Of a DNA stretch of 64,000 nucleotides, positions 1 through 14,652 are shown piece after piece. The stretch is from positions 57,846,001 to 57,910,000 of the forward strand of contig NC_042998.1 in NCBI RefSeq assembly GCF_006345805.1, in the 5' to 3' direction. The stretch comes from Octopus sinensis (Eukaryota). Within the stretch, counting starts at the first letter, position 1; each line of letters begins with the position of its first letter. Under the pieces are notes generated by a model. The model ran no database searches. It had not been told where the DNA came from and was given only the letters and a program-made list of their open reading frames with translations. A program made the translations under genes and the position numbers.

Positions 1-397
1 ATAAAAGATTTTATTTAACAAAAACTGGCTATTTAGTATCATCAGTGACATCTGTATAAGTACGTTATCTTTACACAATTTCTTCATTTGAAAAATTACT
101 TCTGTTCCTTTGTTCGCAAAATATATCTTGCCAACAATTCATTTATCCATAAGAGATTATTTTTAAATCGTAAATTAACATTTGTGACATATATATTTTT
201 TAAATTACTAAAATATATGAAGATAATTATTTATATGTGTCCAATACACACATGCATACAGACTCTTAAATAACAAACGACCTGTGTGGGAAATGAAATG
301 AAAACAACCTCTCAAAGCATAGGCTTTCTAATAAATTACTTAGTCTTTCTTGTGAGTTTCTTATTTACTGTGAGTTGTACAACCTCCCCACACACAC

Positions 398-560
398 AGG
401 AGTGGCTGTGTGGTACGTAGCTTGCTTACCAATCACATAGTTCCGGGTTCAGTACCACTGCGTGGCACCTTGGGCAGGTGTCTTCTACTATAGCCTCAGG
501 CCGATCAAAGCCTTGTGAGTGGATTTGGTAGACGGAAACTGAAAGAAGACCGTCGGATAA
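398..560 (+). mobile_element. tRNA-derived SINE, family A (5' part)
   Basis: Head GGAGTGGCTGTGTGGTA...GGGTTCAGTACCACTGCGTGGCACCTTGGGCAGGTGTCTTCTACTATAGCC with A/B-box-like motifs. Diverged copies recur at 22.2, 34.6, 41.3, 41.9, 60.8 and 61.5-61.9 kb. Resembles octopus OR/OK-type SINEs (from recall, not searched). Confidence 0.85.
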
Positions 561-561
<1 letters not shown>

Positions 562-621
<60 letters not shown>

Positions 622-649
622 GTGTGTCTGTGTGTCTGTGTATACATAC

Positions 650-680
<31 letters not shown>

Positions 681-699
681 ATATATATATATATATATC

Positions 700-738
<39 letters not shown>

Positions 739-764
739 CTGTGTGTGTGTCTGTGTATACATAC

Positions 765-801
<37 letters not shown>

Positions 802-868
802 AATATATATATATATGCATATACATATATACATATATATATATACATACATACATATATATATATAA
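562..868. repeat. Compound (TA)n/(GT)n/(TACA)n microsatellite with an internally duplicated block
   Basis: Read directly; the overlapping YI/CV/HT ORFs are its translations. Confidence 0.95.
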
Positions 869-899
869 AAGAAATGGATAAAATTTTAGGTACAAATAC

Positions 900-1400
900 T
901 TTTACTTAAAGGCATTCAAACTTTTACATACAAATTCTCACCTACACCTGTTTCCATACACAATAAAAATAGGTCTGCTTTCACTAGTCTTAGTAAATTT
1001 ATTTGCAATTTAACAGATAACAAAAAATAAGACGTTTTTCGGTAGTGGGAAATGTTAAGCAGGGTTATCTATGAATACTAAGATAGAAATGGTATTGTCT
1101 TGCGTCCATCCTTCAAATTGGACATTTAGGAACTATATGCTGATTTTCTGTAGGTTTAATCTGGCAATATGTGGGGTCTGTTTGTGTTTACTTGATACGT
1201 ATAGACCGTGTGTTTGCGTAAACATTGATTGACGTAGCAATTTTGGATGGCGTTGAGTGGAGTTTGATATGATATATTTAGGCATATGCTCGGCGAATTG
1301 TCGTGTCTAGCTGCTCTCTCGATAATGTCTATATCTTAACTACCATAACACCATCAATGTACTATTGTGTATCATATTGACACAAGCAAGATGTTTTGAA
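900..1400 (-). pseudogene. Possible heavily decayed PLE GIY-YIG endonuclease C-terminal remnant
   Basis: Frameshifted minus-strand translations give QCLRKH..Y, QHIVPKC, IDNP, FFVIC and EFV in the order expected for a PLE GIY-YIG domain. Many stops; by-eye match only. Confidence 0.3.
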
Positions 1401-1880
1401 TGTGTTTATTTTGGTATATATGTGGCACTGACGGTTTCTACGGAACGCTTGCGTTAAGAAAAAAAAACACTTCTAAGTTAGTTGTAGATTAGACTATACG
1501 TTGTTAAATGACATCCTATTAAATTCTCCCCGAGGATATAACTAATTCAATGATTTTGAATATGAAATTTTATTTCTGAAATTAAAGAATTGGGTATTGA
1601 AACAGCTATAGGTAGGATTTTGTATGTATGAATTTGAACGTCTTTAAATAAAAACATTTGTAAATAATTTTTTATCCATTTTCTTCATTTTCTTATTCTT
1701 AAAGGCTTGTTTAAATATCTATACGTTTCGGTGATAAATTAATATAGTTGGTTTTCTCTGAACGCTGGTATAAGCCGGTGAAATAGGATGCTCGCATCCC
1801 TTAAGGGGCTTTAGTTCCTTGACTAATTAAATGAAATTGAATTATATACATACATACATGCATATATATATATATATACA

Positions 1881-2720
1881 TACGTAGTCTGATCAATAAA
1901 TATCCGGGCTGTTGACATAGTGTACCCTGCTGTGCATGCGCAATAAGTTTTAACAGTCTGGCTCACTTCAACTGTTTACTGCAGTGCTTAGAAGGAAGGT
2001 GTGTAGCATGTGATCGTCACATTGACCATGACAGAGAAAGTTGAGTGGAGAATCTGCATCAAATTTTGCCAAAAGTTTGGTGATACCTGCTTAGAGGTCT
2101 ACGCAACGTTTTCAAAAAGGTTCCATCGTTCTCAGTACAATCAAGGAGATCTTGTGCAACTGCAACCTGTGTGTCTTGTTCGTCAGCTAAAAGTAGTTTT
2201 GGCACAAACTTGACAAACATCCGTCTCATGCTCAAATCTTCCGTGATAATGGACTGAATTGAACCGTAACTAATCTGCATATACTCTGAAAAGTTACGGG
2301 TGGTGATTCGACGATTTCCTTTCACAGCTGTATGCACATCTGTGATGTGTTTTCTTTTAGTTGCTTGTCTCCCTGAACGTTCGTCAATATCAATATTTTT
2401 CGGCCATCTTGGACACATCTGAACCACTCGTATACTTATATGCGGCTCATACATTCCTCTCCATACACTTTCTGCAACTTTGTGTAGGCGCATGAGAAGG
2501 TATCGCCATTAAAACCTGCTCTGTCATGATCAATGCGACGATCACATGTGACACACTTTCCTTCCAAGTACTGCTGTAAGTATCGCAAGTTAGCTAGAGC
2601 GTTCAAACATAGTGCACATGCACAGCAGAGTTCAAGTTTAACCTTTGTCGAGTGCCTTTCCACTGTGTACTTTAGCGATGTTACTATGGCAACTGTCCAG
2701 ATACTTATCGATCAAACCTA
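1881..2720. mobile_element. Mariner-family remnant built from two opposed 5' ends
   Basis: Plus arm: TIR-like TACGTAGTCTGATCAATAAATATCCGG, then MTEKVEWRICIKFCQKFGDTC from 2028. Minus arm 2720->2107: related TIR-like end, then transposase (YEWFRC, ERSGR, NRRITTR, TEDLSMRRMFVKFVPKLL, the WVPR-motif equivalent). Confidence 0.85.
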
Positions 2721-4403
2721 CACACACACACACACACATATATTTACGTACATCTGTATACACAACACACACAGGTATGCTTACAGATACCACACAAACA
2801 GATATACGCATATGCATCATCTCTTGGTTTATACGGTAGACTGGTTCCGCGAATCGTTGTGCATATTGAAATCGTTTAAAACACAGGAAATACTTTTTTT
2901 TAACAGTATTAATAAAAAAGCACAAAGAAATTTTAGATAATTACTAACAGAAATAGGGAAAATATATGCGATTATCTTGTTCGTATTTGTGTGTGTATTG
3001 AATGATACAAGCTTAAATTAGAGGTAGTGGAGGTTTCGTTTCCTTCCTTTATATTTATATACAAATATAACGAGTCTGAATTTTCTTGAGGAAACAATAG
3101 AATGCCACTTCACCTGGTTTTTCAGAAGTACTTGTTGTCAGGCACGGCTGAGTCAATCTGTGAAAGACGTTAACAAGAAAAACCAATTGACTTTCTAGCG
3201 CTAGAGAAGCAACGCAAAAGAACTAAACTGAGCTGTATTCTCCTTAGGAGAATCCACTTTCACAGTAAAATCCACATTTAAAAAAAATCTTATTTACAGA
3301 TATATAAGAAAGACGGAAAAGATGTCTTCATCACTTCTGACTTATTTTCGATCATCGTATATGTATACACACACACATACAGACACACACACATACACAC
3401 ACACAAACAAACACACACACACACATACATGTGTGTGCGTATGGTTACTGTTGTATTCTTCGGTTTTATCCTCCGTCAAAAATAAGTAGCCGATGTTTCA
3501 TTAAATTTGGTAAGAATGTATAATTATTCTAGGTTTGATATTTTACTTCGTTTCGTTTCAGTGTTCTGATAGTCGCTTCATTAATAATTAACTGATCCAC
3601 AGCCTCTATTTAAGCCATTCATTTGCATTTGAAATTTGATTAAATGTAATGGTTTCAATTTCTAGGGAATTCTACTTTCTTGATATTCGAGACTCGAAAT
3701 TGAAATAATCGATTGTAATCACGAAAATCTTGAAAATAATACACACACACACAAAACAAAACAATATGAATAGTAAATCGTACCTTAACATTAATTTATA
3801 TGTTGGTCTACATCAAAATCGAGCGAATGAAATGAAAAGGAAATATAAAACCGACTGTAGCTTCAGATGTCATTTCAGTACATGTTAATTTTAAAAACTA
3901 ACGCCAGAAGCTGAAACTGTGCTAAACTGGAACCGTGCAAATCGAGGAACAACTATTTATACTTATCCCTTCCTCGTAACCATCCCTTTCTTCTTTGTCT
4001 CTCCATGAACTTCCTCCTAGAATCTGACAAAGAACTATGTCCGAAAAGTTATACTTTCACACAATAACTTTCCCCTTGCTTTGCTTCAACCCAGTCATAT
4101 TAACTGTAAAAAAACTAAAATTCGTGTCTGCTTATATGTGTGCACCTGTTTGAACATCTATATACATATAGTTTTAGACATCTACGTTTATTAGCCCATT
4201 CTAGAAATATTTTAAAGACTGTTATAATGATAATCCTTTTATATATCTTTTAACAATCTCATTGTTTTCTTTCTTAAGTTGTTCAGTGATTCGTAATAAT
4301 TTTTGTTTAAATAATAGCCGTAAATTTCAAGCACAATCTTCTCCCAGTGACCTTAATTCGTTTAATCTAATAAATCTTAATATTATTTAAATTCACAGCT
4401 ATG

Positions 4404-4466
<63 letters not shown>

Positions 4467-5878
4467 GTGTGTGTTTAGGAAGGAATAAAAGGTTTGAGGT
4501 ATTTCAGCGAATAGTGTATACATATATGTTGTTTTGTGAATGTGTGTCTGGCTATGTATGTATCTAATTATCTATGTATGGATATAGGTATGTCGGTGTG
4601 CATATTTAAGCACACACACAAACACACACAAACACACACACACAAACACACACACACACACACAGACATACACACCACACACACACACACAACATATATA
4701 TCTATATATATATATATATTATATATATATATAATATCATACACATATCATATATATAAAATCATAAACATATACATATATATATATATATATATTAATA
4801 TATATATATATATATTATATATATATGTGTGTATATAACATATACATAAATATTATTTGGGTTTCTTTAATATATCTAAATTGAATTGTTTATGCTTACA
4901 TATAATCATCAAATTTAGGATATTTTATTTCGCTTTTGAAAAGAGTTTTTATTTGCATTTTAAGTATGGTTTGATTTAAGAGAATAAGCAATACAGATAT
5001 TCAAAATATTTATCACTATTTGCTCAGGTATTTTAAAGTTTTAATACATAGATTTTAAGCTTTTCACCTAAAATAATATATGACTAACATCTCTTTGAAT
5101 AACGATATAGATTTTAAAGTCTTATCGTCTCTATTGGTACTTTACTTTTATTAGATAAATATGCGGATACTATAGAATATCGAAAGATTTTTCGAAAATT
5201 AACAGCTTTTTTTTTTTTAACTTACACTCTTCAGAAAAACTGTTTTTATACATTTTTACAATTCTTTCATACATTGTTAAATTCACTTTCATTTTAAGAA
5301 GCATTTTTTTTTTTACAGATTTTAGGTAAATTCCAACTGAATTCATTTTCCTAATACCGCATACTTTATGCATGAAATGAAAATACTCGTTTATTATATA
5401 CATTTCTTTGTTTAAAAGTTCAATATTTAGCGAGTTAAATTTTCATGTATTTTTCACCAATCAAGATAACCCATTATTCATAACAAACATCATAAATTTC
5501 TTAGCCAGGCACATAGTTGCACACACATGCACGTACGCATACATAGAGTTATTGAACTAACCCTATCGCAATACTTGGGTTCCCTGTTCTCTATTGCTTC
5601 CTCTTACTATATATGCATGTGTGCGTGGCTGTGTGTGGTGTGTGTGTGAATTACATCTATATATGCTATGTCTATTCAATGTTTTCCCCCTACTTTCGAT
5701 TATTTTACCAAGACTGAATATTTATAGTAACACATAACACTCAATGTATATATATATATATATATTATATTATATATATATATATTATATATATATATAT
5801 ATATGCATGCATGTACATGTATATATATAAAGATATATATATATATGCGTATAAATACATTTATACATACATAATGCA

Positions 5879-5910
<32 letters not shown>

Positions 5911-6469
5911 CATTAATATCGTTTTCACCATCCTCTTTGATAAGCCCTATTCAACGAAACGTCGTTGAAGTTACTGTTATCTGTTTAGAATAAATATTTA
6001 TCTCAAATTCTCGAATTCATGTATTAAAATGTTTTGTTGACTTAGATTATATTTTTAATTATAAAATCTCAAAATGTACATGCAACTATATATGCGTATG
6101 TATTTATATGCATGTGCACACATATATGTGCGTGTAGAGGTATTTACGTGTGTAAAAAGCCACCAAGATAATGTTAACAGTACAGTGTAGGTCTATATAC
6201 TCAACAAATTTAACAAATACAGACAAATCGAGAAGTCAAAATGTCATCTTTTTTCATCACAAACATTTGTAGCAGAAGAAAAGAAAAATAACACAAACAA
6301 AATAGAAGAAAATGTATGACGAACGACAGCTGATAACTAAGATGCAATTTATTTCTGATCTGTTAACATGCAAGTCTGAAAACCTCGTAGCTTGGCATTT
6401 TTAGGTTAACGAACCTATTTAAAAGTAACTGCTTTGGATATACAGGGAAGTGTATGTGCCTGTATGTAT

Positions 6470-6734
6470 TATATACATACGCACATACATCATACATACA
6501 TACATACATACATATATACATACATACATACATACATACATACATACATACATACATACATACATACATACATACATCATGCATCATACATACATACATA
6601 CATATATGCATGGATACATACATACAGGCATACATGCATGCATACGTACATGCATACGTATATGCATACATACATACATACGCACATTCATACTTACATA
6701 CATACATATATGCACACATGCATACATGCATGTA

Positions 6735-6772
<38 letters not shown>

Positions 6773-6860
6773 TAAATGTACATACATGCATATATATATG
6801 TATATATACATCTAGATATATATTTATGCGTCTATATATGCATATATATATGCATGTATG
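6470..6860. repeat. Degenerate (TACA)n/(TA)n microsatellite
   Basis: Read directly. Confidence 0.95.
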
Positions 6861-7219
6861 TATGCATTTGTATGTACACGTGTTTCTTTATCCCTGTACC
6901 TCTCGATGAATATATATATAGATATATATATATATAAATTATTTATATGTGTGCGCACACACATACATATTTCATATATTCTTGTGCGTGTAAATGCATA
7001 TATATGATGGCATTTGCATACTTTATGTAATTGTTTTTTTTAGTATGCATACATGCGTATGAGTGTGTCTATGTGTATGCATGTAAAAGACTGAATGTCA
7101 TTCAGAAAAATAAGGTTTTCAATGGATGTAATTAAGGAATACAATGGTTAATTGTTGAAAATGAAAGGAACACATTATCAATTCGAAAAAAAAGTAAAAG
7201 AAAGATTGTGGAAAGAGAT

Positions 7220-7488
7220 AAATGGATAGATAGATAGATATATAGATATATAGATAGATAGATAGGTAGATAGATAAATAAATAGATAGATAGTTACATG
7301 GATGGATGTATGGATGGATGAAAGGATGGATAGGTGGTTGGATGGATGGAGACATAGCTAGATAGATAGATGGATAGATGGATATATAGATCGATAGATG
7401 GATAGCTAGCTAGCTAGCTATATGTATATATATAGAATATTATATATATATATATATATATCTATATATATATATATAGATATAGATT

Positions 7489-7576
<88 letters not shown>

Positions 7577-7615
7577 GGATGGATAGATAACTAGCTAGCT
7601 AGATAGATAGATCGC
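7220..7615. repeat. (TAGA)n/(TGGA)n/(TA)n compound microsatellite
   Basis: Read directly. Confidence 0.95.
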
Positions 7616-8285
7616 TAGAATCAGAAACAAAATGCAGGAGGAAAAACCGCTATTTAAAGAAATATCAACAGAAATATCAACAGAAAGAATTTAGTAGCGA
7701 ATGAAATACATTTAAAGTGTTTAGATATATGTGTACTTAGTTGAATCAATGTATATAGGTTTATGTGTATATGCACGCACATGGTCATATGCACAGAACA
7801 CTCTCTTGGTATTAGACGGAAGTGTTGTTTGCAAACAAAATCATGTGTATAATATATATGTATATAATATGATAAACATTCGTATGCATGTGTATCTATT
7901 TGTACGTAATGTTATAAGTGAGATAAATCATGCTTCAATTTGTCTGCATATATCTGTGAATTCAAAAGTTTGAGGTAAACAATGCATCCATGCTCGAGAT
8001 AAAGGAAATTAGGGCAATAGGAAAAGTTTAAGGATGGATAAAAAAAAAGATAGGGATTAAAAGTTTGTGAATTTGTATGCTTGTAGACATGACTATGTTG
8101 TATGTGAGCGTTAGCACGTTTGCGCATGCACGTATGTATTTGTATATGTGTATAAAAAAAAGATTATTGGTGTATGTGGAAATGTATGTGTGTATGTGTG
8201 CCAGTGAAATACAGATACTTTATATTTGCCTGTGTACGTATATGTGATTACAAATGATGTGAGTGTATGTGTGTGTGTGTGTGCG

Positions 8286-8327
<42 letters not shown>

Positions 8328-8611
8328 GAGAGAGGAGGAAAGTAAAATATAGCGTGAAGGTAAATATATGTGTATTGTGTTTCAGTGTCAGTATTTTCAG
8401 GTGTAGGCAATTTGAAGTATTATACACACTACAACATCTCCCTCTGTGTCCATATTTGTCTTTCTCTCTCTTTCTCTATGTATATGTATAGTTGTATACT
8501 TTGTTTGTGGATTAGCAATACTACCAATGGTTTCTTGCAGTAGGTTCACAAATTCTACTTAAAAAAGCTAGTATATCGCTTCTGTGGTGGTAGTGATATT
8601 ATACCAGATTA

Positions 8612-8820
8612 AGGCGGCAGCTGGAAGAATCTTTACCATGTCTGGCATGCTTAGTGGCATTTCGTCGTCTGTCTTCACTTTCTCACTTCAAATTCCGTCG
8701 AGGTCTACTTTGCCTGTCATCCTTTTGGGTCAGTAAAATAAATCCCACCTGAACACTGTGGTCGATGTCATAGACTTAGCCCCTCCTCCTAAATTATTTG
8801 CCTTGTACCAGGATTTGAAG
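8612..8820 (+). mobile_element. tRNA-derived SINE, family B (diverged)
   Basis: AGGCGGCAGCTGGAAGAATC...TTCAAATTCCGTCGAGGTCTACTTTGCCTGTCATCCTTT matches the better-preserved copies at 50265 and 61967. Confidence 0.75.
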
Positions 8821-9211
8821 CCAATATTACACATGATTATGAAAAACAAATTTTTTTCAAGGAGAAGGTTGACAGTGACTTTGAAGTTTGCACATGGTCG
8901 CCTTTATCACATTGTGATTTACTTTGTTTCTTTGTGGCTTATATAGTATCCGGTAGGTTTTATTTTGGGAGAGATGGAGCAGTATGAGGAAAATTAGGTG
9001 TGTTGTAGATAGACAAAGAAAGATTTTCTGTAGGAAAAGTGCGTACTAGAGGAGAATCGGGGGGAAATTACGTATTTGCAGAATGCGGATTGACAAAAAC
9101 GTATGGTGAAGAGACTTGTTTTGGTTTGATACGGGAATCTTGATTTTTTAAGTTTCACTCAGGCTGAAGGAAAGGTGTAAACAAACGCGTCACATTCACG
9201 TCAGAATAATT

Positions 9212-9871
<660 letters not shown>

Positions 9872-10364
9872 AGCGCAGGTAGATAGAATATCTATCTATC
9901 TACCTGTCTGTCATAGATACATTCGCACACATCTTTAGTCGGCTGACCAGCGTAATAAGAGTATTACGTATAACGCTTTTGTGATATTTCTAGACCATAA
10001 CTGCTCTCATACATCAAATGACGCCGAAATGAACTGTTATCACTTTGTAGAGTAGATCCGCTGGCGGCACATTCCGTATTACCTACATGCGTACAAGTTG
10101 TAACACAAATATATATAATGATTGGTAATTCATCTTGTTGATTTGCCTGAAGGATGCATATTTCTTTGGCGTACAGATACTTGAACGTTCCTCTCACATT
10201 CCTATGTAATTTTCATATCCTTTCTCCTATAGTACAGGGCTTTATATATTATTTTCACATCGTCTGATTGTTTGAGTGGGAAGAAGTAACTTCAACTTCG
10301 AACGCTAACAGTTTCGTATTACAAAACACTTGGTTGAGCTGACAATATATATATAATATATATA

Positions 10365-10398
<34 letters not shown>

Positions 10399-10694
10399 CT
10401 ACATGACAAGTACGGAGGCTGATTAAATGGACTTAAGCTGCTGTAGTTCAAGTACGAAGACTGCGACCGATAATCCCCAGCCGATCATTTTGGCGCTACA
10501 TGAGTATTAAGACTGGATGAATGCGCAAACACTTTGGTCTATAGTCTTCTTATGAAGAACAGCGACACCAGATATTAATAGATTTGTAAGATATATAAAG
10601 ATAGAACAATTCTACAAATCCTGCAAATCCTTTTTTATAAAGGTGACTTGTGTGACGTCCTTCAGTGTGGATAAGACAATGGCTGTAGGCAAAT

Positions 10695-11220
10695 GAGAAG
10701 AAGAAGAAGAAAGAAGAAGAAGAAGAAGAAGAAGAAGAAGAAGAAGAAGAAGAAGAAGAAAAGAAGAAGAAAAAGAAGAAGAAGAAGTAGAAGAAAAGAA
10801 GAAGAAGAAGAAGAAGGAGAAGAAGTAGAAGAAGAAAAGAAGAAGAAGAAGAAGAAGGAGAAGAAGGAGAAGGAGAAGTAGAAGAAGAAAAGAAAAAAAA
10901 GTAGAAGTAGAAGTAGAAAAAGAAATATAGAAGTAAAAGAAGAAGAAGAAGTAAAAGAAGTAGAAGTAGAAGTAGAAGAAGAAGTAGAAGAAGAAGTAGA
11001 AGAAGAAGAAAAGAAGAAGAAGGGAAGAAGAAGAAGTAGAAGAAGAAGAAGAAAAGAAGAAGAAGAAGAAAAGAAGAGGAAGAAGAAGAAGAAAAGAAGA
11101 AGACGAAGAAAAAAGAAGAAGGAGTAAAAGTAGAAGTGGAAAAAGAAATAGAAGAAGAAAAGAAGAGGTAGAAAAGAAGAAGAAGAAATAGTAGAAGTAG
11201 TAGTAGAAGTAGTAGTAGTA

Positions 11221-11282
<62 letters not shown>

Positions 11283-11303
11283 GAAGTAGAAGAAGAAGAA
11301 AAG
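10695..11303. repeat. ~610-bp (GAA)n/(GTA)n purine-rich trinucleotide tract
   Basis: Read directly; the poly-K/E and poly-F ORFs are artefacts. Confidence 0.97.
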
Positions 11304-12504
11304 CGAGTTTATTATAAACGGAAATAGCCGTGCGTATATTCCTATCAACAAGAGATCAAAATAGACAGAGTTTTCTAGAAGATCATTTCTTTCTATTGAT
11401 GTGCTAGTTACAATGCTAATTTAATATATGTAAGACTGTCGTGCATAAATACTATATAATTCTATATGCAGCTATATAAGTCAATTCTAGGGATAGATAA
11501 TCTTGAAAGCAAATTCGTGTGTTACAATAATATTTCTTGCAAACCTTTGAAAAGTTCACACTGTTGGATAATTTATTGTGAATGCCATCTGATATATAAA
11601 CTATGAATGACAAGGAGAGAAAGAGACTCCATATTATATAGTATGTGGCTCAGATTGCATAAATTTTGAATGAGTCTCTAGAAGATCAAATTGATATTCT
11701 TCCGTTGTTAACACCGAGGCTGTAACATTAAAATCATTTTACGACAAAGCAAGAAATACATTCTTATATTAATTAATTTCTATCATCTATGAAGTGTCAT
11801 ATAATTTCATCCTACAAAAATCGTTATATCAATTTGCAAGCATCTGTCTGGAAAATGATTACTAGATAAACCAACAAACAGTTAATGTAAATACATAAAT
11901 ACGGGTACGTAGTTCACGAGAAGATCATCATTGGGTCGTCTACGTATCTTGGCTTGAATTACGAAAATTAACTTTACAGTAATACTGATTAAACTGTTTT
12001 GACTGACCTGTTTTATGGAATGCCTGCTCAATGATAATTATTTGTAGATTAACTGTTTCTAATTAAACAGTGTACGCATTCATGCAGGTAATATTTCCAT
12101 GTGAGAAACATTCCATCAGTCGACTGATACAAGCTCATAAAGGTCAAAGCAACTTTCGGCTAAGGAACTTTTATTTAAAGAGATCGTTATAACTTCCTGT
12201 GTAATTAAATTGAGGACGAGGTACTCTATCTTGATTAAATCAGTCGGAAGTGGTTCAAACTACTACTAGCAATGATCGATTTAGTAAAGTTTTAGTACAA
12301 GTAAAGAAGAAAGACATTTATCTATCTCTATTTATATAAATGTCTATAGAAGTCCTGATGAGCTGGCAGAACTGATAGGATTGGATTGAATATTCTATAA
12401 AATCCTGTTTCATGCCAAGTAGTATGTCTTTAAAATCCGTGGCCGATGTTTCTAAATCTTCGAGGATCAATAAAATAAGAACAAGTAATAGAGTGTAATA
12501 AAGC

Positions 12505-12800
12505 AACGAGATGGCAAAATCGTTATCGTGTCGGATAAAATGCTGAGAGGCATTTCTTCTGGCTCCTTACAATCCGAGTTCAGATACCACTGAGGTCAAC
12601 TTTTCTTGTTCATTCCTTCGAGACCGATAAAATAATGTACCAATCCATTATTGGGTTCGATGTAAACGAATTGTCCTCTTCTCAAAATTGCTAGGTTGAA
12701 CGTACAAAGAACCGGCTTCCTGTTCTGAGGGAATGTGACCTTAATCACACTTATGCTTTGGAAACTGGGCAACCGGCCTTATGAGTCCAAGGGTCCAAGA
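12505..12800 (+). mobile_element. Decayed SINE family B-like copy
   Basis: GAGATGGCAAAATCGTTATCG...GAGTTCAGATACCACTGAGGTCAACTTT matches family B with many substitutions. Confidence 0.55.
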
Positions 12801-13084
12801 GAAAAAATTAAAAAGTAGAGTATAGTTACTTGCATAAAGCGTCCTTAGAAAACTCAGGATTGAAATACAATTTTAAATTCGCCTAGAGTCATTAGCCATT
12901 TCTCGAATCAAGTACATTTTCTATTCTTAAAATGATTGGCATATTTCACGTAGGAAGCGAAAGCGAAATGTGGAACAGGCGAAATGGGACTAAGTGACAT
13001 TACATCTTGTTTCACTTAATACTCTGGATTCTATTCGATTTTATATCCTCTACACTAAAACAAAGAATATAAAAGAAAAACAGC

Positions 13085-13440
13085 AATAATAAGTTTGGTA
13101 AAAGGCCAGCAAATTCAGGGGTAAAGGTAAGTCAATTGCATCCATCCCAGAACTCCACTAGTACCTTATTCTATTGACCCCCAAAAGGATGAAAGGCAAA
13201 GTAGACCTCGGTTGTATTTGAAGCAATGATAATGACAATGGTTTCCTATTTAGGCAGAAGATCAGCAATTTCGTGAATCGAAAACTAGTTGATACCATCT
13301 ACACTAGTTCTTCATATGTATTTTATTTTATCAAGCACAAAATGATAAAATATCCCGGTAGTATTTCAATTCACATTGTAAAAGCATCGGAACATACAGT
13401 GCAAGACATTTTCTCCGATGCTCTAACGACCCCCGCAGTC
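13085..13440 (-). mobile_element. Two decayed SINE family B-like fragments
   Basis: GGATGAAAGGCAAAGTAGACCTCGG...TTTGAA and GATGCTCTAACGA motifs, the reverse complement of family B. Confidence 0.55.
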
Positions 13441-13866
13441 CATTACCTTTGACACCTCCCCATTCTAAAAATGCCAATCCAAATGCTACTACATTCTTTA
13501 GATTTTGGCTCAGTTACATTCCTTGTACTAAGACAAGCCTGTACATCGAATAAATACAGATATATTTCGGCTATCCTGACATGGTTCGTACAATGGTTTT
13601 AACACGGGCGATGAAAATTTCGTTCTACTCCCCCTAGATTAGTTAATGTAATACTACCAAAATGTTCATTGTATATCTAGCCCTTTTATGCCACATAATT
13701 TTTTCATTAAACCATAAATTTTTATGACATAACTGAAAAGTACATGGGGAGAAGGTAAAAACGAAGTTGAGAAAGCGATACATAAAGAATAAAGGAACAA
13801 AAATAAAGAGGAAGGGAGGGGAAAATTAACTAGAAAAAGGGATAACAATATATATAATATTACATA

Positions 13867-13902
<36 letters not shown>

Positions 13903-13947
13903 ATATATACATACAAACATTGATATACGCATACATGCATACATACT

Positions 13948-13978
<31 letters not shown>

Positions 13979-14652
13979 GAGTGTAGGTCAGATGAGATTA
14001 AAATCGAAAATAAACCCCTTAATAAGTGAATAGATTTTATAACAAAATATACCGGAGCCGTGTGTTGATGAATAAAGCATGTTGTAATTTGGTCGTTATT
14101 GATTCGTGTTTATTTTCGGCTATATCAATAGAGGTTATTTTGTAAAGATTTCAAGTAGTCTACAATTAAATATTTCTCTAACATTTTATATTTCACTATT
14201 TGTGGCCGTTCAGCGTTGTGAAATATTTTGAGATTTTTCTCTTCAAAAAAACATAGAAAAACAGGAAAAACGTTAAATGTTTGCTTTTATGACGAGAAAA
14301 GCTAATCCATTTGGACGATACAATGATACGACGAAGCAAAAATACTTAAATGAGACAAACGAATTTATAATGGAATGTATTGAGTGCCATAATATAGAAG
14401 TGTGTGTGTGTGTAGTGTGTGTATGTGTGTGTGTGTGTGTGTGAGTGTGTATGTATGTGATTGTGTATAGGTCTGCGCGTGATCGAATATTTCCTTTGCC
14501 TTAATGTCTGCTTGTATGATCACAGAAGTTGGGGAAAATGTGCAATGTGATACTAGTTCGTATTTTTGTTACAAACACTTCGGTCGCACTGTGTCCATAT
14601 TATAGGTATTTTAGTCTTAGCTATGTGGTTGAAAATAGATGCCACGATGCAT

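Noticed and set aside
426-909. Many overlapping 60-150 aa ORFs rich in YI/CV/HT (also at 4.5, 6.4, 15.2, 26.2, 35, 38, 40.2, 58.3 and 59 kb)
   Set aside because: They are translations of stop-free di- and tetranucleotide microsatellites, not genes.
1750-1806. CTGAACG...GAAA hammerhead-like motif with a GGATGC/GCATCC hairpin
   Set aside because: The core deviates (CTGAACG) and stem I pairs poorly; at best a decayed remnant.
10662-11351. 229-aa Phe/Ser/Leu-rich ORF and poly-K/E ORF
   Set aside because: Translations of the (GAA)n tract.
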